Assembly: GCA_003614675.1 (NCBI GenBank)
Contig: ML002287.1
Location: 1 to 47,440 of the forward strand
Origin: Dimargaris cristalligena
Taxonomy: Eukaryota
Reading direction: 5' to 3'
DNA length: 47,440 nt
The notes under the pieces were generated by a model that did no database searches, had not been told where the DNA came from, and saw nothing but the letters and a program-made list of their open reading frames with translations. Numbering within the stretch: position 1 is the first letter of the stretch; every line of letters begins with the position of its first letter. Positions 1 to 11,697 of the stretch are shown one piece after another. The position numbers and the translations under genes were made by a program.

Positions 1-125
1 CAAGCTGTATAACGAAAAATCCATTAGATTCGGCCAATATTACTAGTTAAAAATAAATTTCCCATATATTCTCCCATACACATATAATGTAAACCCTTAT
101 ATAGCTGGGCTGAATTTCACCCATT
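1..125 (-). mobile_element. MITE-like 138-bp element, copy A (truncated by window start)
   Basis: 1-124 matches 26327-26450 at 117/124 positions by manual alignment; it is the reverse complement of the copies at 149, 768 and 4735. Confidence 0.8.
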
Positions 126-148
126 TGGAACTGGCCTGGTTCAAATAA

Positions 149-290
149 CATGGGTGAAGTTCAGCTTGGTTGTATAAGGTTTTAACCGATATGTGTATGG
201 GAAAATCGGTGGGATGTTTATTTTCAACCCACAGTATTTGCCTCATCAAATGGATTTTTCGTTATACAGCCTTGTTGAACTACTCCCACA
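149..290 (+). mobile_element. MITE-like 138-bp element, copy B
   Basis: Core 151-288 TGGGTGAAGTTCAG...TTATACAGCCTTGTTGAACTACTCCCA with imperfect 27-bp TIRs; CA dinucleotide on both sides; head-to-head with copy A. Confidence 0.8.
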
Positions 291-742
291 TCAAGACCAG
301 CTCCCATTACTAAAATTAATCATTGAACCCATTCTGATCTGGTAGGGTGGGCCAAAGACCCTCGAATATAGCCTTCACATAAAATGCCAGTATGAGAGAG
401 GCCCTTCTATTATTGGAAAGCCTCCAGCAGCAGTCCCGGTTTAATTACAATTATAATTATACTTACAATAGAGCTGTTCCATTTAGAACCACTGTGTCGG
501 TGGTTAGTTGGCTGCAGGTGTGGGATCCCACAAGGTTGGCTAGTTAGGTCGGTTAGCTAGTTATAAATGGACGAAATGTGGGAAGGATTGGAATTTACAC
601 GTGTGTTGATGCAAAAAGAGGAGAGCTGGTTAGCACTCCCCTTGATAAGGACGGAATTCTATCTTTTGATACACATGTGTCCGTTTTGGCCTTTCCCAAC
701 TGAGTTGCTCCGGTGGCCCGTTCCGCTCAGTGGGCCCTTTTT

Positions 743-934
743 TTTACTTTTGAAGGAAATACGTTTATATGGGTGAACTTCAACCCAACTGTATAAGATT
801 TTACACAATATGTGTATGGGATAATATGTGGGAGAATAACTTTTGACCAGTAATATTTACCTCATCAAATGGATTATTCGTTATACAGCCTGGACGAATA
901 TCAGCCATATTTACTTTTGAAGGAAATGCGTTTA
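743..934 (+). repeat. 25-bp direct repeat flanking element copy C
   Basis: TTTACTTTTGAAGGAAATACGTTTA (743-767) and TTTACTTTTGAAGGAAATGCGTTTA (910-934), 24/25 identical, directly abutting the element. Confidence 0.9.
768..909 (+). mobile_element. MITE-like 138-bp element, copy C
   Basis: Core 770-907 flanked by TA on both sides; ungapped alignment to copies B, D and E. Confidence 0.8.
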
Positions 935-1844
935 AATGTGGTTTAGTATACCCTGCTATCGGCACGCTAAATCTAATACAACCCACTAGTCCTGCTATGC
1001 TTAGTATACCCTTCGGCAGGTGGAAGAGAGTGGCCCCAATGCAGATTGGCTGGTGTACCTCCTCCCTGCCCCTTAGTCTTAGTTTTCGCATCGGCTAGGT
1101 TAGTATTTACTTTAGTTGCTTTATTAGTGCGGTGTTAAAAGTCCCGTCCAACTTGATATGTGTGGTCTGTATAACCGTTCATGGCTGGCTCATTGGCCCG
1201 TACGCTCCAGGTCGTCGGCTTTTCTTTGGTTCCCCCGTTACCTTGACAGGCGCGTTTTGACTGGGTGGCCGGCCCATCTTCGCATTCCTTGCCAGCCCCT
1301 CTTTCTATTTCCCACTCTTTCTTCTCGGCAGTTCCCCCCCCCCCTCCCTTCCCCATTGACTGTATAACTTACTTAGCTGGCGAATAATATAATTTTTTTA
1401 GGTTAGAGTTGTCCAATCCCCCCCCCCTCTCCTCCGTCACCCACTCACATGGGACGATTCTTCTAATCTCACTCACTCACCTATTTTATTCCAGTTAGCC
1501 CGGTTTTTGGCTATAGCTAGATTACTCTGAGCAGTTGCTCTAATTCACTCGTCGAGTCCTTTTATATTTCCCGCTACTTTCTTTATCTCTCTTTCCCTAT
1601 CTCTCTCTGCTCTTCTTATGACCACCCTGGCTCTCTGACCACCGTTTACCCGGTCCCTTTGTCCCCCAGCCCTTTCCTTCTCTTCCTTCTACACTCCGCG
1701 CCACGAGTGTCCATGGTTTCTTATTAACCAACACTGTCCAACTACTTTACCCGGGGCCGTTCTCTCCAACCTGCATTGTCCCCAGTTGCCCTGCTCTAGC
1801 CCCCTCCATTGCCCGGCTTCCTCGCCTACTCTTCTAACCCCGCC

Positions 1845-4136
1845 ATGAACCCCTATGCGAACAACGATCCCTCGGCCATGCACGGCCAAGTGGACTACAA
1901 TAACCACAGCCGCCCTATTAAGCGCGAGGGCAGTCACCACGAGGAGTGCAACAACAGCTCCTCCGGTGACAACTGCCCGTCGCTGCACCACCACGCCGAC
2001 TGTCGTCAAAAGCGCAAAAAGGTGATTAAAGGTACGTCTACCTGGCTTATCCAGCATGGATTTGTGCGTATCCACGCTATCAATCGAATATTTTTATATT
2101 TTCCTTTTAAAAATAATACATGTATTAACCCGATATTCGTGCCACTTGAACCACACACCCTTTCATACATACATCATCTGGCTCCCCCCGCGTGCCATTT
2201 CCCCTCCCCTCCCAATTCTACGCGCCTCCCAGCCTGTGTCTATTGCCGCCGCTCCCACATGACATGTGACGAAGGTAAGTACTTACTACTCCTTTCCGAA
2301 AATTGCTTTTGACGCGGTATCCACCGTGCTACTAAATATACTTACCGAGCCCCTGGGTTCTTTCCATCGCGCTTGGTCTGCTTCCGATATCCAACCTCCT
2401 GCTTCGACTAGCCACTGACCACCACCGCCCCCTTGGCCATTATGGTCTCTCTCTCTCTCTCTCTCACTCCAACCCTCCGTATATAGGCCGGCCCTGTCAG
2501 CGCTGTATTAAGCGTAACATTGGCGACAAATGCCACGACGAGCCTTCAAAGCCTCCCGGGCATCCTCAACCTACCCGTACCAACTCGGATTTCTCCTATT
2601 CAACCTGTAAGTCTCCTTTTATACGACCTTACTCAGCCCCTGTCATTTATCCGACCTCCGACTACATTAAATCCTTTATAATATTTCCTGTTTTAACCGA
2701 AAATCCAACGTATTCGCCCATTTAACCGATATACTCTGTTCATTCCCCCAGCCGTCGCCCCCACCAACCCCCAGGCCAATCTCCCGCAAAACCATCCCAC
2801 CAGCCAAGTGATGCAAAACTACCTGCAAAGTCTCCTATCGTACCCCATGGCCTTCGCCAGTCCCCAGTTTAACGACGAATACTCCATGTTTGCCAACATG
2901 CTACAAAACATCGACCCCAATGCCACCCTAGCCCGCACCGGCCCGCCGCTTCCGGCCCTGTCTAATCAGCCCTTTTTACCCCCCAATCCCAACGGGCCTT
3001 TGCGGATAGTTTCCACTAATAATAGCGCCACCCCAAGTCCCGGTTCCGGTGCCCGGCCCCTTTCGTCGTCACCTGGCAGTACCCCAAGCCATCCACCCAC
3101 TGCCCCCGTTACCGAGTCCACCCAAGGCGAGTCCAACGGCACCGGTAATGGGCAGCCCCCCGTCTATACGAGCAGCCCCGCCGAGATATTCTTCCAGATT
3201 GCCGCGGATCCCTCGGACGGATCCTCCGAGGGTCGACTGCGCCAGGTGATCAACGCCAAGTACGAGGCGGGCCTCCTCAAGCCCTACAACTACGTCAAGG
3301 GCTACGCCCGGCTGCAGACCTACATGGAACGCTACATGTCCACCATGAGTCAAGCCCGCGTTCTCACGGTGCTCAGTAGCTTCCGGCCCGCGTTCCGTTC
3401 CATCGCCCAATCCCTGACCGACTTTGATCTGTTAGTGGTTGAGGAGATGTTCGAGCGGCTGCTACTGGACTATGACCGCGTATTCAGTGCCATGGGCGTC
3501 CCCGCCTGCCTCTGGCGGCGAACCGGGGAAATCTACAAGGCCAATAAGGAGTTCGCCAACCTCATCAAAGTACCCCTCGACCAGCTGCGCGAAGGCAAAC
3601 TCTCCATCTACGAACTCATGATGGACGAGTCCGCCGTCAATTATTGGGAAAAATACGGTAACATCTCGTTCGATGCCACCCAAAAGGCCGTCCTGACGTC
3701 GTGTATTCTACGACACCCCCGGGGTCTGACTTCCAAAGCCGCCTCCAATGCCATTGCCTCTCCCGGAGCGGGATCCATGGCCAATGGAAACAACCTGGCC
3801 CACCCCCACTCTCTCCTCCACCGGTCCGCTAACGGTAACTGCCATGGGGGGGTTCCAACGGACCCGTCCGCCATCCCCACCACCTCCACTGTCCCCTCCT
3901 CCCCCTCCTCCTCCAACGTTTCTCCTTCAATATCCATTCCGCAGTCGCCGGTTCCACCAAGATTATCCTCCAACCCCCTCATGTTTCCACCACAGTCCCA
4001 CCAGCAGCTGGCCCTCCGCCAGGAAATGCGAAACTACCCACCCATTCCCTGTTGTTTCTCGTTTACTATTCGTCGGGATAAGTACAATATTCCATTGGTT
4101 ATTGTGGGCAACTTCATTCCCGTGCGACCCAAATAA
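1845..4136 (+). CDS. acuM: Zn2Cys6 transcription factor with C-terminal PAS-like region, AcuM/Rds2 family (gluconeogenesis regulator)
   Basis: Exons 1845-2031, 2233-2274, 2487-2606, 2752-4136, all GT-AG and in frame. Splicing rebuilds KRKKVIKACVYCRRSHMTCDEGRPCQRCIKRNIGDKCHDEP. The C-terminal exon has GLLKPYNYVKGYARL, PACLWRRTGEIY, SAVNYWEKYG and CCFSFTIRRD..IPLVIVGNFIP, typical of AcuM/Rds2. Confidence 0.9.
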
Positions 4137-4271
4137 TTCCGATCCCTAAAAGAGATTGCATGTACGTGTCAGTGTGGGTGTTTATAGGTCAATTCGGCAC
4201 GATGGGTTTTCCGGTATTTCGTCTTTGGTTAGATTTTCACCTCATTTCCCTCAAATCCAATTATGAAGACC

Positions 4272-4376
4272 ATTATTTCTACTACTCATCTTACTCATTC
4301 TACTACTACCACTGCTTCTATCATTATTATTACTATTACTATTACTATTACTATTACTATTACTATTACTATTATT
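4272..4376 (+). repeat. TAY-rich microsatellite including (TATTAC)7
   Basis: Perfect TATTAC x7 at 4328-4369 within a degenerate TAT/TAC tract, just downstream of the acuM stop. Confidence 0.95.
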
Positions 4377-4734
4377 CGCCATTATTTCTATTTCATGCAT
4401 TAGTTCGTCCTTGATATCGTGTGAATACTTACTTCTTATCAAACTGGCCGAAAAAGATACTTGTAAGTAATAAATCTGTTTTCTCAGCCATATATGGAGA
4501 TTGTATTTCCGTGTTCCTGAATTTTAACCATGGCATCACGCATGTGCCTGGAAGAACACGCTATGGGCAGTCCCTGAATGAACTATGAAGTATTCGGAGG
4601 TTTATCATTTGGGTAGGTAATTAACCCAAATTAGCCAACATTCCCATTCAGCCCAAGGCTGGGTTTTTGATCGAGAATTTGAGACGACTGGGTTATTCTA
4701 ACATGGACCATGGGCTCGAATATACAGCGATGCA

Positions 4735-4876
4735 TATGGGTGAAATTCAAACCAGCTGTATAAGGTTCTATATAATGCGTGTATGGACGAATACATGTGA
4801 GAATATCTTTTAACCAGTAATATTGGCCTCATCTAATGGATTTTTCGTTATACAGCCTGAATGAACTTCTCTCATA
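4735..4876 (+). mobile_element. MITE-like 138-bp element, copy D
   Basis: Core 4737-4874 TGGGTGAAATTCAA...TTATACAGCCTGAATGAACTTCTCTCA, TA on both sides, followed by a (TA)n run. Confidence 0.8.
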
Positions 4877-5443
4877 TATATATATATAAAGTGGCTATGC
4901 CTCTGGCAGTATCAAAACCACCCACCAAGCTCCACCCATCAATCGAAATACCACGTGATTAATAAACGGCTAGTTCATCCGTAAATACCCTTTGGATTGA
5001 AAGAGTCTGATGAGCTGGGCTGCTGGTGGTGGCTATAACCTATACTTGTGGACAAATACGATAGCCATATCCAATAAACTGATCCTTTCCCAATGCCCCA
5101 AATGTTTAATGATGCCTACAGGCGCTAGTATTTTAGAACAGACACAAGTGGCTTTGTTCAGACAAAACCACACAGAGTAGCCCAGAGCTGCAGTCAAAGT
5201 TGACTTACCCTTAGAAGGACTGGCAGTAGTTTGAATTTAAACTGATCAGTGTGTGGTCCCCCCTCCCCGATTCAAACCCTAGCTATCACGGATCGCAAGC
5301 TGCTTGATCTCCCGCATTCACTTTATCCTCCCCACTCTTTCTCTCGGCTCTATTGCTACGTTGCCCCATTGTCCCTTTTAAGTTTGTAAAAGCCGTGTAA
5401 AGGACCTCTCCCCGCCATTTTCCCTTCTTCTTGTGCCTTAACC

Positions 5444-6994
5444 ATGCTCTGTTCCCAAGTTCTCCGGAATTGCCGGTCCATCTCTAAGGCTCGTAAGTGG
5501 TTCCACCTTCCTCTGCCAGCTCCCTCGAGTAGGGGTAAATATAAAGAGTCTGGGTGAACGTTGCCATGGTTGTGCTTACGATCCGGCAAAGTTCTGCTCA
5601 GAGCCATACGCGGCTCGCCAGGTCCCCTACAAGCATATATCCTAACCAGCCACCCCCAACCCCCCTTACCTTACTATGCTTATAATGCCTATTCCCCCTC
5701 CGCTGTTGCAAACATAGACTGCCGGTTTTTGAGCACCGCCCAGGAGAGCCAACCTGCCACCGGTCGAGTGGTTGCCTCGCTGATCGTCCAGCGGAAGCCG
5801 GTCATTCTCCCCGAACTCAACAAATTCGAACGTACCTACTATGCCTACCGCGACGAATTGGCCCGCCGGGAAGCCGCCCCGTTCGCTTCTGAGTTTTACT
5901 TTAAGAAGGGTAGTACCAGTGAGAAGGAATGGAACCAGCGCCAGAAGCATTACCAAAGCCTACTCAAGAAGGGCTGGAGCGCCCTGTTAGCCGATGCTGA
6001 AAAGTCGGTGGGTACCGCTGGCTTGGCCGCGGACTCGACCGCATCAGAGTCGGCGAGTGCCACCACCACCTCTTCGACTGCCGACGGGTCTAATTCGGCG
6101 GCCAAGGACGATGCTACATACAAGGCGGCTCCGCGGATCACCCAGGCCGATAAAGACGGCGACCTGAAATCGCTGGACCGGGCCCTCGATCAGTCCCTCT
6201 ATCTTCTAGTTAAGAAGCCCCGTCAAGAAAACGCATGGCAGTTCCCTCAGGGCGGCCATGAAGGCCTAGAATTTCTGCACCGGGTAAGTACCGTTTATAC
6301 GTGTTCATATTACCCATGAGGTTTAGATTGGCCTTGGGCCTGACCCTGCTTGGATGTTACTTAAGCCTTCTATATATGCAGTCGTGGCTGATGTGTAATG
6401 TAGTACTTTGCGAATATATGTTTTTTTTTTGGTTCACGACATAGGTCCACGATCCGCATACTCCGATGGCCCTTTTTTACTAATGACTAGCACCATTCAT
6501 TTTATTATCCTTATTATCGTGGTTTTTAGACTGCCCTGCGGGAACTAGCAGAGGAATGTGGTACGAACATGGATGTCTGGGCTCTGGGTCGCGGCCCCGT
6601 CGGCCACTATAGTTACAAATTCCCCGCCGATCATGCCGCCAAGGTCAAGGCCGAATCGGCCAAGGTAAGCTGCTATCCGCTACGCGAACCCAATTACCGT
6701 CAACAAATTAAACCAGTCGAGATGTCAATTATCGGCTATATATTTCCTGTTTAATACTCAACAGTAGACCCAAATCAATATATTAATCCACTATTATATA
6801 CCTGATTCCCTATTTTCTATCCCTTAAATCTACTCCTCACCATTCGCCAGGTATTCTTCTTCAAGGCCTACATTTTTGCTGGCCAGGTAGAGCTGAACAA
6901 GAAGGAGCTATCCGACTTCGTGTGGGTGACCAAGGACGAGATCCCCAAATACGTTAGCAAGGACTACTGGAACGCCGTCCAAGATATACTCTAG
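5444..6994 (+). CDS. MRPL46: Mitochondrial large-subunit ribosomal protein mL46 (yeast MRPL17 / human MRPL46 family)
   Basis: Exons 5444-5492, 5718-6283, 6530-6664, 6851-6994. The N-terminus MLCSQVLRNCRSISKA resembles a presequence. Motifs FYFKKGS, PRITQADKDGDLKSLDRALDQSLYLLVK, WQFPQG, TALRELAEECGTNMDVW, KVFFFKA and DFVWVTKDE (NUDIX-like C-terminal domain). Confidence 0.93.
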
Positions 6995-8170
6995 AATTGC
7001 CCTGCCAAGCTAATGATGTTCAATACTCAATATCCGCATAAAGTGTATTTATGCTCATTTTCGTAAGACTAACTCACTCCAATGCTCTCCCGTTTTCCCT
7101 GAATACTGTTCACAGTTGAAACCAAAGGCAATGCGCACGACATGTTGCGAAAGGTCCTATTTTTAAAATAAATATATAAATCCATTAATCAAGATTAATC
7201 AAGCCGCGTCTGTTCCCGTATCCAGATTATCGATAATACCGCATTACATTACCATTCTTTTGTTGTGAAGCCTCGGTCGAACGCATTGGTTCAACTTGAT
7301 TCATATATCCCATAGGATTACGGGCGCTACCTAATTAACTCTACGCTTAACCAGCTCTACCCCGGAATACTATATGCATTCGTAGGTGGCTAATGGCGAT
7401 AGGCGCTGCAGTTGCTCTCGGCTGTTCGAGCCATGGGAAGCAGTGGCGACCCCGGGTCCTCCATCGGCTGGGGTTGGGGCAAGGGAGGCGACGAGGGGGT
7501 TAAAGCCTGGTTGTTGTATGTTATGTTTTGGCATTCCAACCCATGTTGCGGTGTGTTTGCTACGGCTGTTTGTGGGTAAGCGGAGGGATGGTCGGGACTT
7601 GTGGGGTGCGGCTTGGCCCGCTCAATATGCATTAAATAGGCTGTATGCGCATTTAGACTATATGCTATTTCACAACACTCACCTATATAACATGTATACG
7701 CCCCTCTCCTTCGAGAACTAACTTAGTTCTGTGTTGTGATTCCCTATAGATCTAGATTTTTATATCATTCAATTGGTTGGATCATTTTCCGTTCCACTCG
7801 TTCATCGCCTAGCTTGTTGTAAGTGGGTGCCGCCTTGGTATTGCCTTCGTTGGAGGAGTCGCTCTCGACTTACTTTCTAAGGACCATCTATCGCGCCTTG
7901 ACATCGTAGCCGTAGCATTATCCCACGTTCATTTAGTTTCGCCGTCTAGGTAAGTCCTGCGAAAGCCAATACAGTCAAGAAAACGGATGCAAACAGCTGG
8001 TTGAATTAATGGTTACCCAGGCTTTCTGAGGAACCCCATCCACCACTACCACGTGGTCATTAACCCTCCTCCCCGCATGCCATATTGTACCCTTCTATCC
8101 GACGACAGAGGTTGTATTTAGAAAAATAAAACAAAAGAGTTTGTCGCCGTTTGTAGTACCCAAGGACACG

Positions 8171-11100
8171 ATGGATGAACTGAGTGACTACCTGAATTCG
8201 TTTGGTCTGGAGGGTAGGTTAATCTAGGGCTTGCGTTCTAGTGAGCTTTTATCAGTCTGGTGCATATAATAGCCTATTCACATATACCTTGCACCATTAA
8301 AGCACTTATATCCCAGAGTCACCACCGATCTACCTATATGTGGCGCATGATATAAAGTGGCCAAATTTCTAACATGTCTATTATCTGTATGCCCATGGCC
8401 ACTGTATCATTATACCTCAGATTTACCCCACACGCCCCAGAAGCAAACAGGCAGCGGCTGCACCTCCGATGACAAACCATTTGGTAAGAATACCTATGCG
8501 GCTGGATGGACATAGTATTGCCATCATATGCCTCTCTAGTGCATTGGGATTGATCTTTCTACTATGTGTTCATTCGTCTGAAACATAGATCGAACCATTC
8601 GCCGCGGAGGAAAGTTATATAGCAGGCCGTCCGATGTCCCATTGGCCAGTGTGCTCAGCTCCCCTATTTCACCAACTGGGACTCAAACAGACAGCCAGAT
8701 GATGAGTCCTGGCCCCGACCATACAGCCGAATTGACGTTAGGGTCAACCGATGTTGGCTCAGCTGAGAGTGACCCAACCTGGACGCCCGGGGCCTCTCGT
8801 TATTTACTCATCAGCTATACTGGAGGTAGCCAGGGATCCGATAAGGTTTTGAATACCTTAGAAGTAAGTATCGGCCCTTCTGAGGTAACCCGTCGATGTA
8901 GATCCGCGGCTAATATTACTTCCCCCTGATCCGAGCCTACTCAGTAATTGATATAGTATAGCTAATGTCAATTCGTCTATTTTCCCCAATTGCTGGGCAC
9001 AGGGTTTAGGTGATGCCGCGGTCATCTGCAATCACGTTGCCACTGCACCTGCTAGTACATTTCACCATATGCTAGTGGTATTTTTCGATATAAACCACGC
9101 TACGCAGGCTTCGGCTCTGTGGACTGGGCATAATGACGCCCAGTTCACTATGCGGGTGCACCATGTCTCTCACCGAGCGGCTAAGGCAAGCCACAGTTGA
9201 TTACTAATATCTCCATATTGGTATATTTTGCCAATTTCACATTAAATTGAACGTAGCCTAGGTCATTAGTATTTGGCGAATGTCCATTAATCTATTCTTA
9301 CACCCCAAAATATTATTTCGTATATTTGTTTTGACACTTAGTCCTACTGCAAGGGCGATTGCCAGTTCAGCGGATTGGCCCTCGACACGTGGATTGTGGA
9401 CAGCGAGATTGCCACGGTCAATTTAAAAGTAAGTCATAGGGTACATTTATTTTCTAAAAAAGAATGTTCAGTTACATATACTTAGTAGGACTCACTACCT
9501 GCAAATACTGTGACATGAGTGTTGATAATGGTGCCACACTTTAAAATGATATCCTCATCGAGATCTCCATAAAATACTTACACTTGGACCATCACGAACA
9601 CTATATATCGGGGTAGGAATTTATTGGTAGCCGGGGGCAGGTTACTCACCCCGAGTATTTTCCGGAGCATCAACACCAGGTTCAGTTTGACGACTGCCGC
9701 TGGTCGAAAAATCTTCTGCTCCAGCTGGACCACTTTCTAAGCACCTCTGGTCAGGTAGGTGCATCTATATTGTTGTTTATCATTCCCATACCTTCTCTGG
9801 GCTTACCCTTATTTCAATCACGCATGGCAACCTTCCTTCTCAACCACACATACCCTATATATATATTGTAACGAATTAAAATGTATTAGAGCAAAGCACA
9901 CGTTACCCTATGCACCCAAGATGAAGCGCTGTGGCTCACTTTATACCGCCGCCTTCCCACCGATACAGGTAATTTTACTCACTATAATACCCCCTTTTCG
10001 GCATCAGGGTTTATTTTTATCATATAGACCGAGTGTAGTTTATTAAAGCTCCATATCTTTTCAGACCTTCCCCTTCAGCCGAATATCCTCTGCTCCTATA
10101 ATATGGCATCGCTCATACGCATATACAGCAATTGTATGGATAACTAGTTTTACAAAAGTACCTGGGCCTACCGAGTGACTGCACCCATTTACTGGTCGAA
10201 GAAACTGTTGGGAAGGGGAGAGCCAAAGGTTATACCAACCATTACCGACCCGAAAGCTACGATCCTTGGGCCGGGGGTTCGCTTGCTAGCCAGATTTGGC
10301 AGACTCGGACGAAGGACAGTCTCCACCGCCCACCTATCGAGAACCAGGGGTCAATGATGTCAGGAAACTTACCTTCCCTACAGTACAGCCCTAAAAGTAT
10401 CAGCTCATCGCCCACTATGGCGGGCCGGAATAGCCCGGAGTACCCGGTTGTTTCTTACAACCGCAATTTCATCGATTATGGACAGATCCTTGCAGGTAAA
10501 TACCGAGGTCTGCCGAATGCCTGTATAAAAAATTAGATGTGCAAGCCTCCCTTAACGTCCATCAATCTAATTAGCCACAGCAGTGGACTTGAATAGGAGT
10601 AGCTACACCCTTTTAACATTCTTAATCGGCCAACAATTTGGTACGTTGATGCATACGGGGCTGACCCTTTAATTATTTAGGGGAAGACACGCGGAGTACT
10701 TTTATGATCCGCAACATTCCAAACAAGTACACCCAGGTAGGCTCTTCCTTTACGCAAGGCAAATTACGTCGCTCGGTCAGTAATATACGTGATGATCCTT
10801 AATTCGCCTATTATTCCACCAGCTAACCCGCAAGCCCCATGTTCTAGTCGTATACTTAATTCCCAAGAAAATGATGATTGATTTGGTCAACGAGTCCCAC
10901 TATCGTAAATTCGATTTCTTCTACTTGCGCATGGACTTCATCAATCACTGCAACTGTGGATATGCGTTTATTAATTTCATTGATCCCAAGTAAGCACAAT
11001 CACAATCGCTTAAACTTTTGCCTATGGAAATGGCCCGTAACCTGATTTAGCATTAATACATGTTTGACATCGTATGTTATTTACCCTATCATTGCCGCTC

Positions 11101-11697
11101 CAAAGGTCCGTGGTGCCCTTTGCTAAACGCCTGGTTGGTCGAAAATGGTAGGCTATGTATTATATATTAATGAATGACGGTCTGACTTGGCTCGCATTAG
11201 CCTATTTTCCTGATGAAATAGTTATAATTTCGGATAATGCATTTCTATTATTATTATCTGTCCACTGGATGCTTACTCTGGTAATCAAGGGAGAAATTCA
11301 ACTCCGATAAAGTATGCAGTATCCGTTACGCCGATTACCAGGGTAAAGACCGACTAGTCGAACACTTCCGGAATTCCAAGTAAGTCAAATTGCGGGGTTA
11401 AATACCCAGGGTTTAGAGTATTCGGAGGTATTGTCACTTTAGGGTCAGAATATTGCTTTTTGTTTGGCATATCACCTATTATAGCCCCATTAACTTGATC
11501 GAGAGTTGCCTGTCTATTTTGGGGGGAATATGATTGAACATTTTAGCGTGATGCTCATGGATCCCTCCTATCGCCCCAAGGCGTACTTTTCGTCGGGTTC
11601 ATTAGTTGGGTACGAACAACCATTTCCCGAACCCACTATTCAGCTTTCCCTTGGAAAATTCCATGACACAATGGCCCTGCGGGCCTGCCTCCCGTAA
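8171..11697 (+). CDS. mei2: Mei2-like RNA-binding protein (conserved C-terminal RRM3, degenerate N-terminal RRMs)
   Basis: Proposed exons 8171-8213, 8421-8483, 8589-8863, 9003-9185, 9342-9428, 9617-9754, 9890-9968, 10148-10495, 10681-10736, 10868-10989, 11106-11147, 11290-11379, 11547-11697 keep one open frame. The C-terminal part reads [84 protein letters not shown]..YRPK, the Mei2 RRM3 signature. The 5' exons are less certain. Confidence 0.88.

Noticed and set aside
519..532. Perfect 14-bp palindrome TGTGGGATCCCACA
   Set aside because: A few palindromes of this length are expected by chance in 47 kb.
801..1091. ORFs running through the 138-bp element (also 26156-26350); 138 is divisible by 3
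   Set aside because: The equivalent frames contain stop codons in other copies, so there is no conserved coding frame.
4160..4442. Poly-Tyr and poly-(Asn-Ser) ORFs
   Set aside because: Translations of the TATTAC microsatellite.
5007..5013. CTGATGA hammerhead-ribozyme core motif
   Set aside because: No stem II followed by GAAA, and no stems I or III.
6992..7012. AKL after the mL46 stop codon (cryptic PTS1 by read-through)
   Set aside because: AKL is not followed by a stop, and the stop context is not the TGA-CTA read-through type.
10065..10133. Alternative Mei2 exon after the TTTCAG acceptor at 10064
   Set aside because: The frame runs into TAG at 10145; the acceptor at 10147 keeps the frame open to RRM3.
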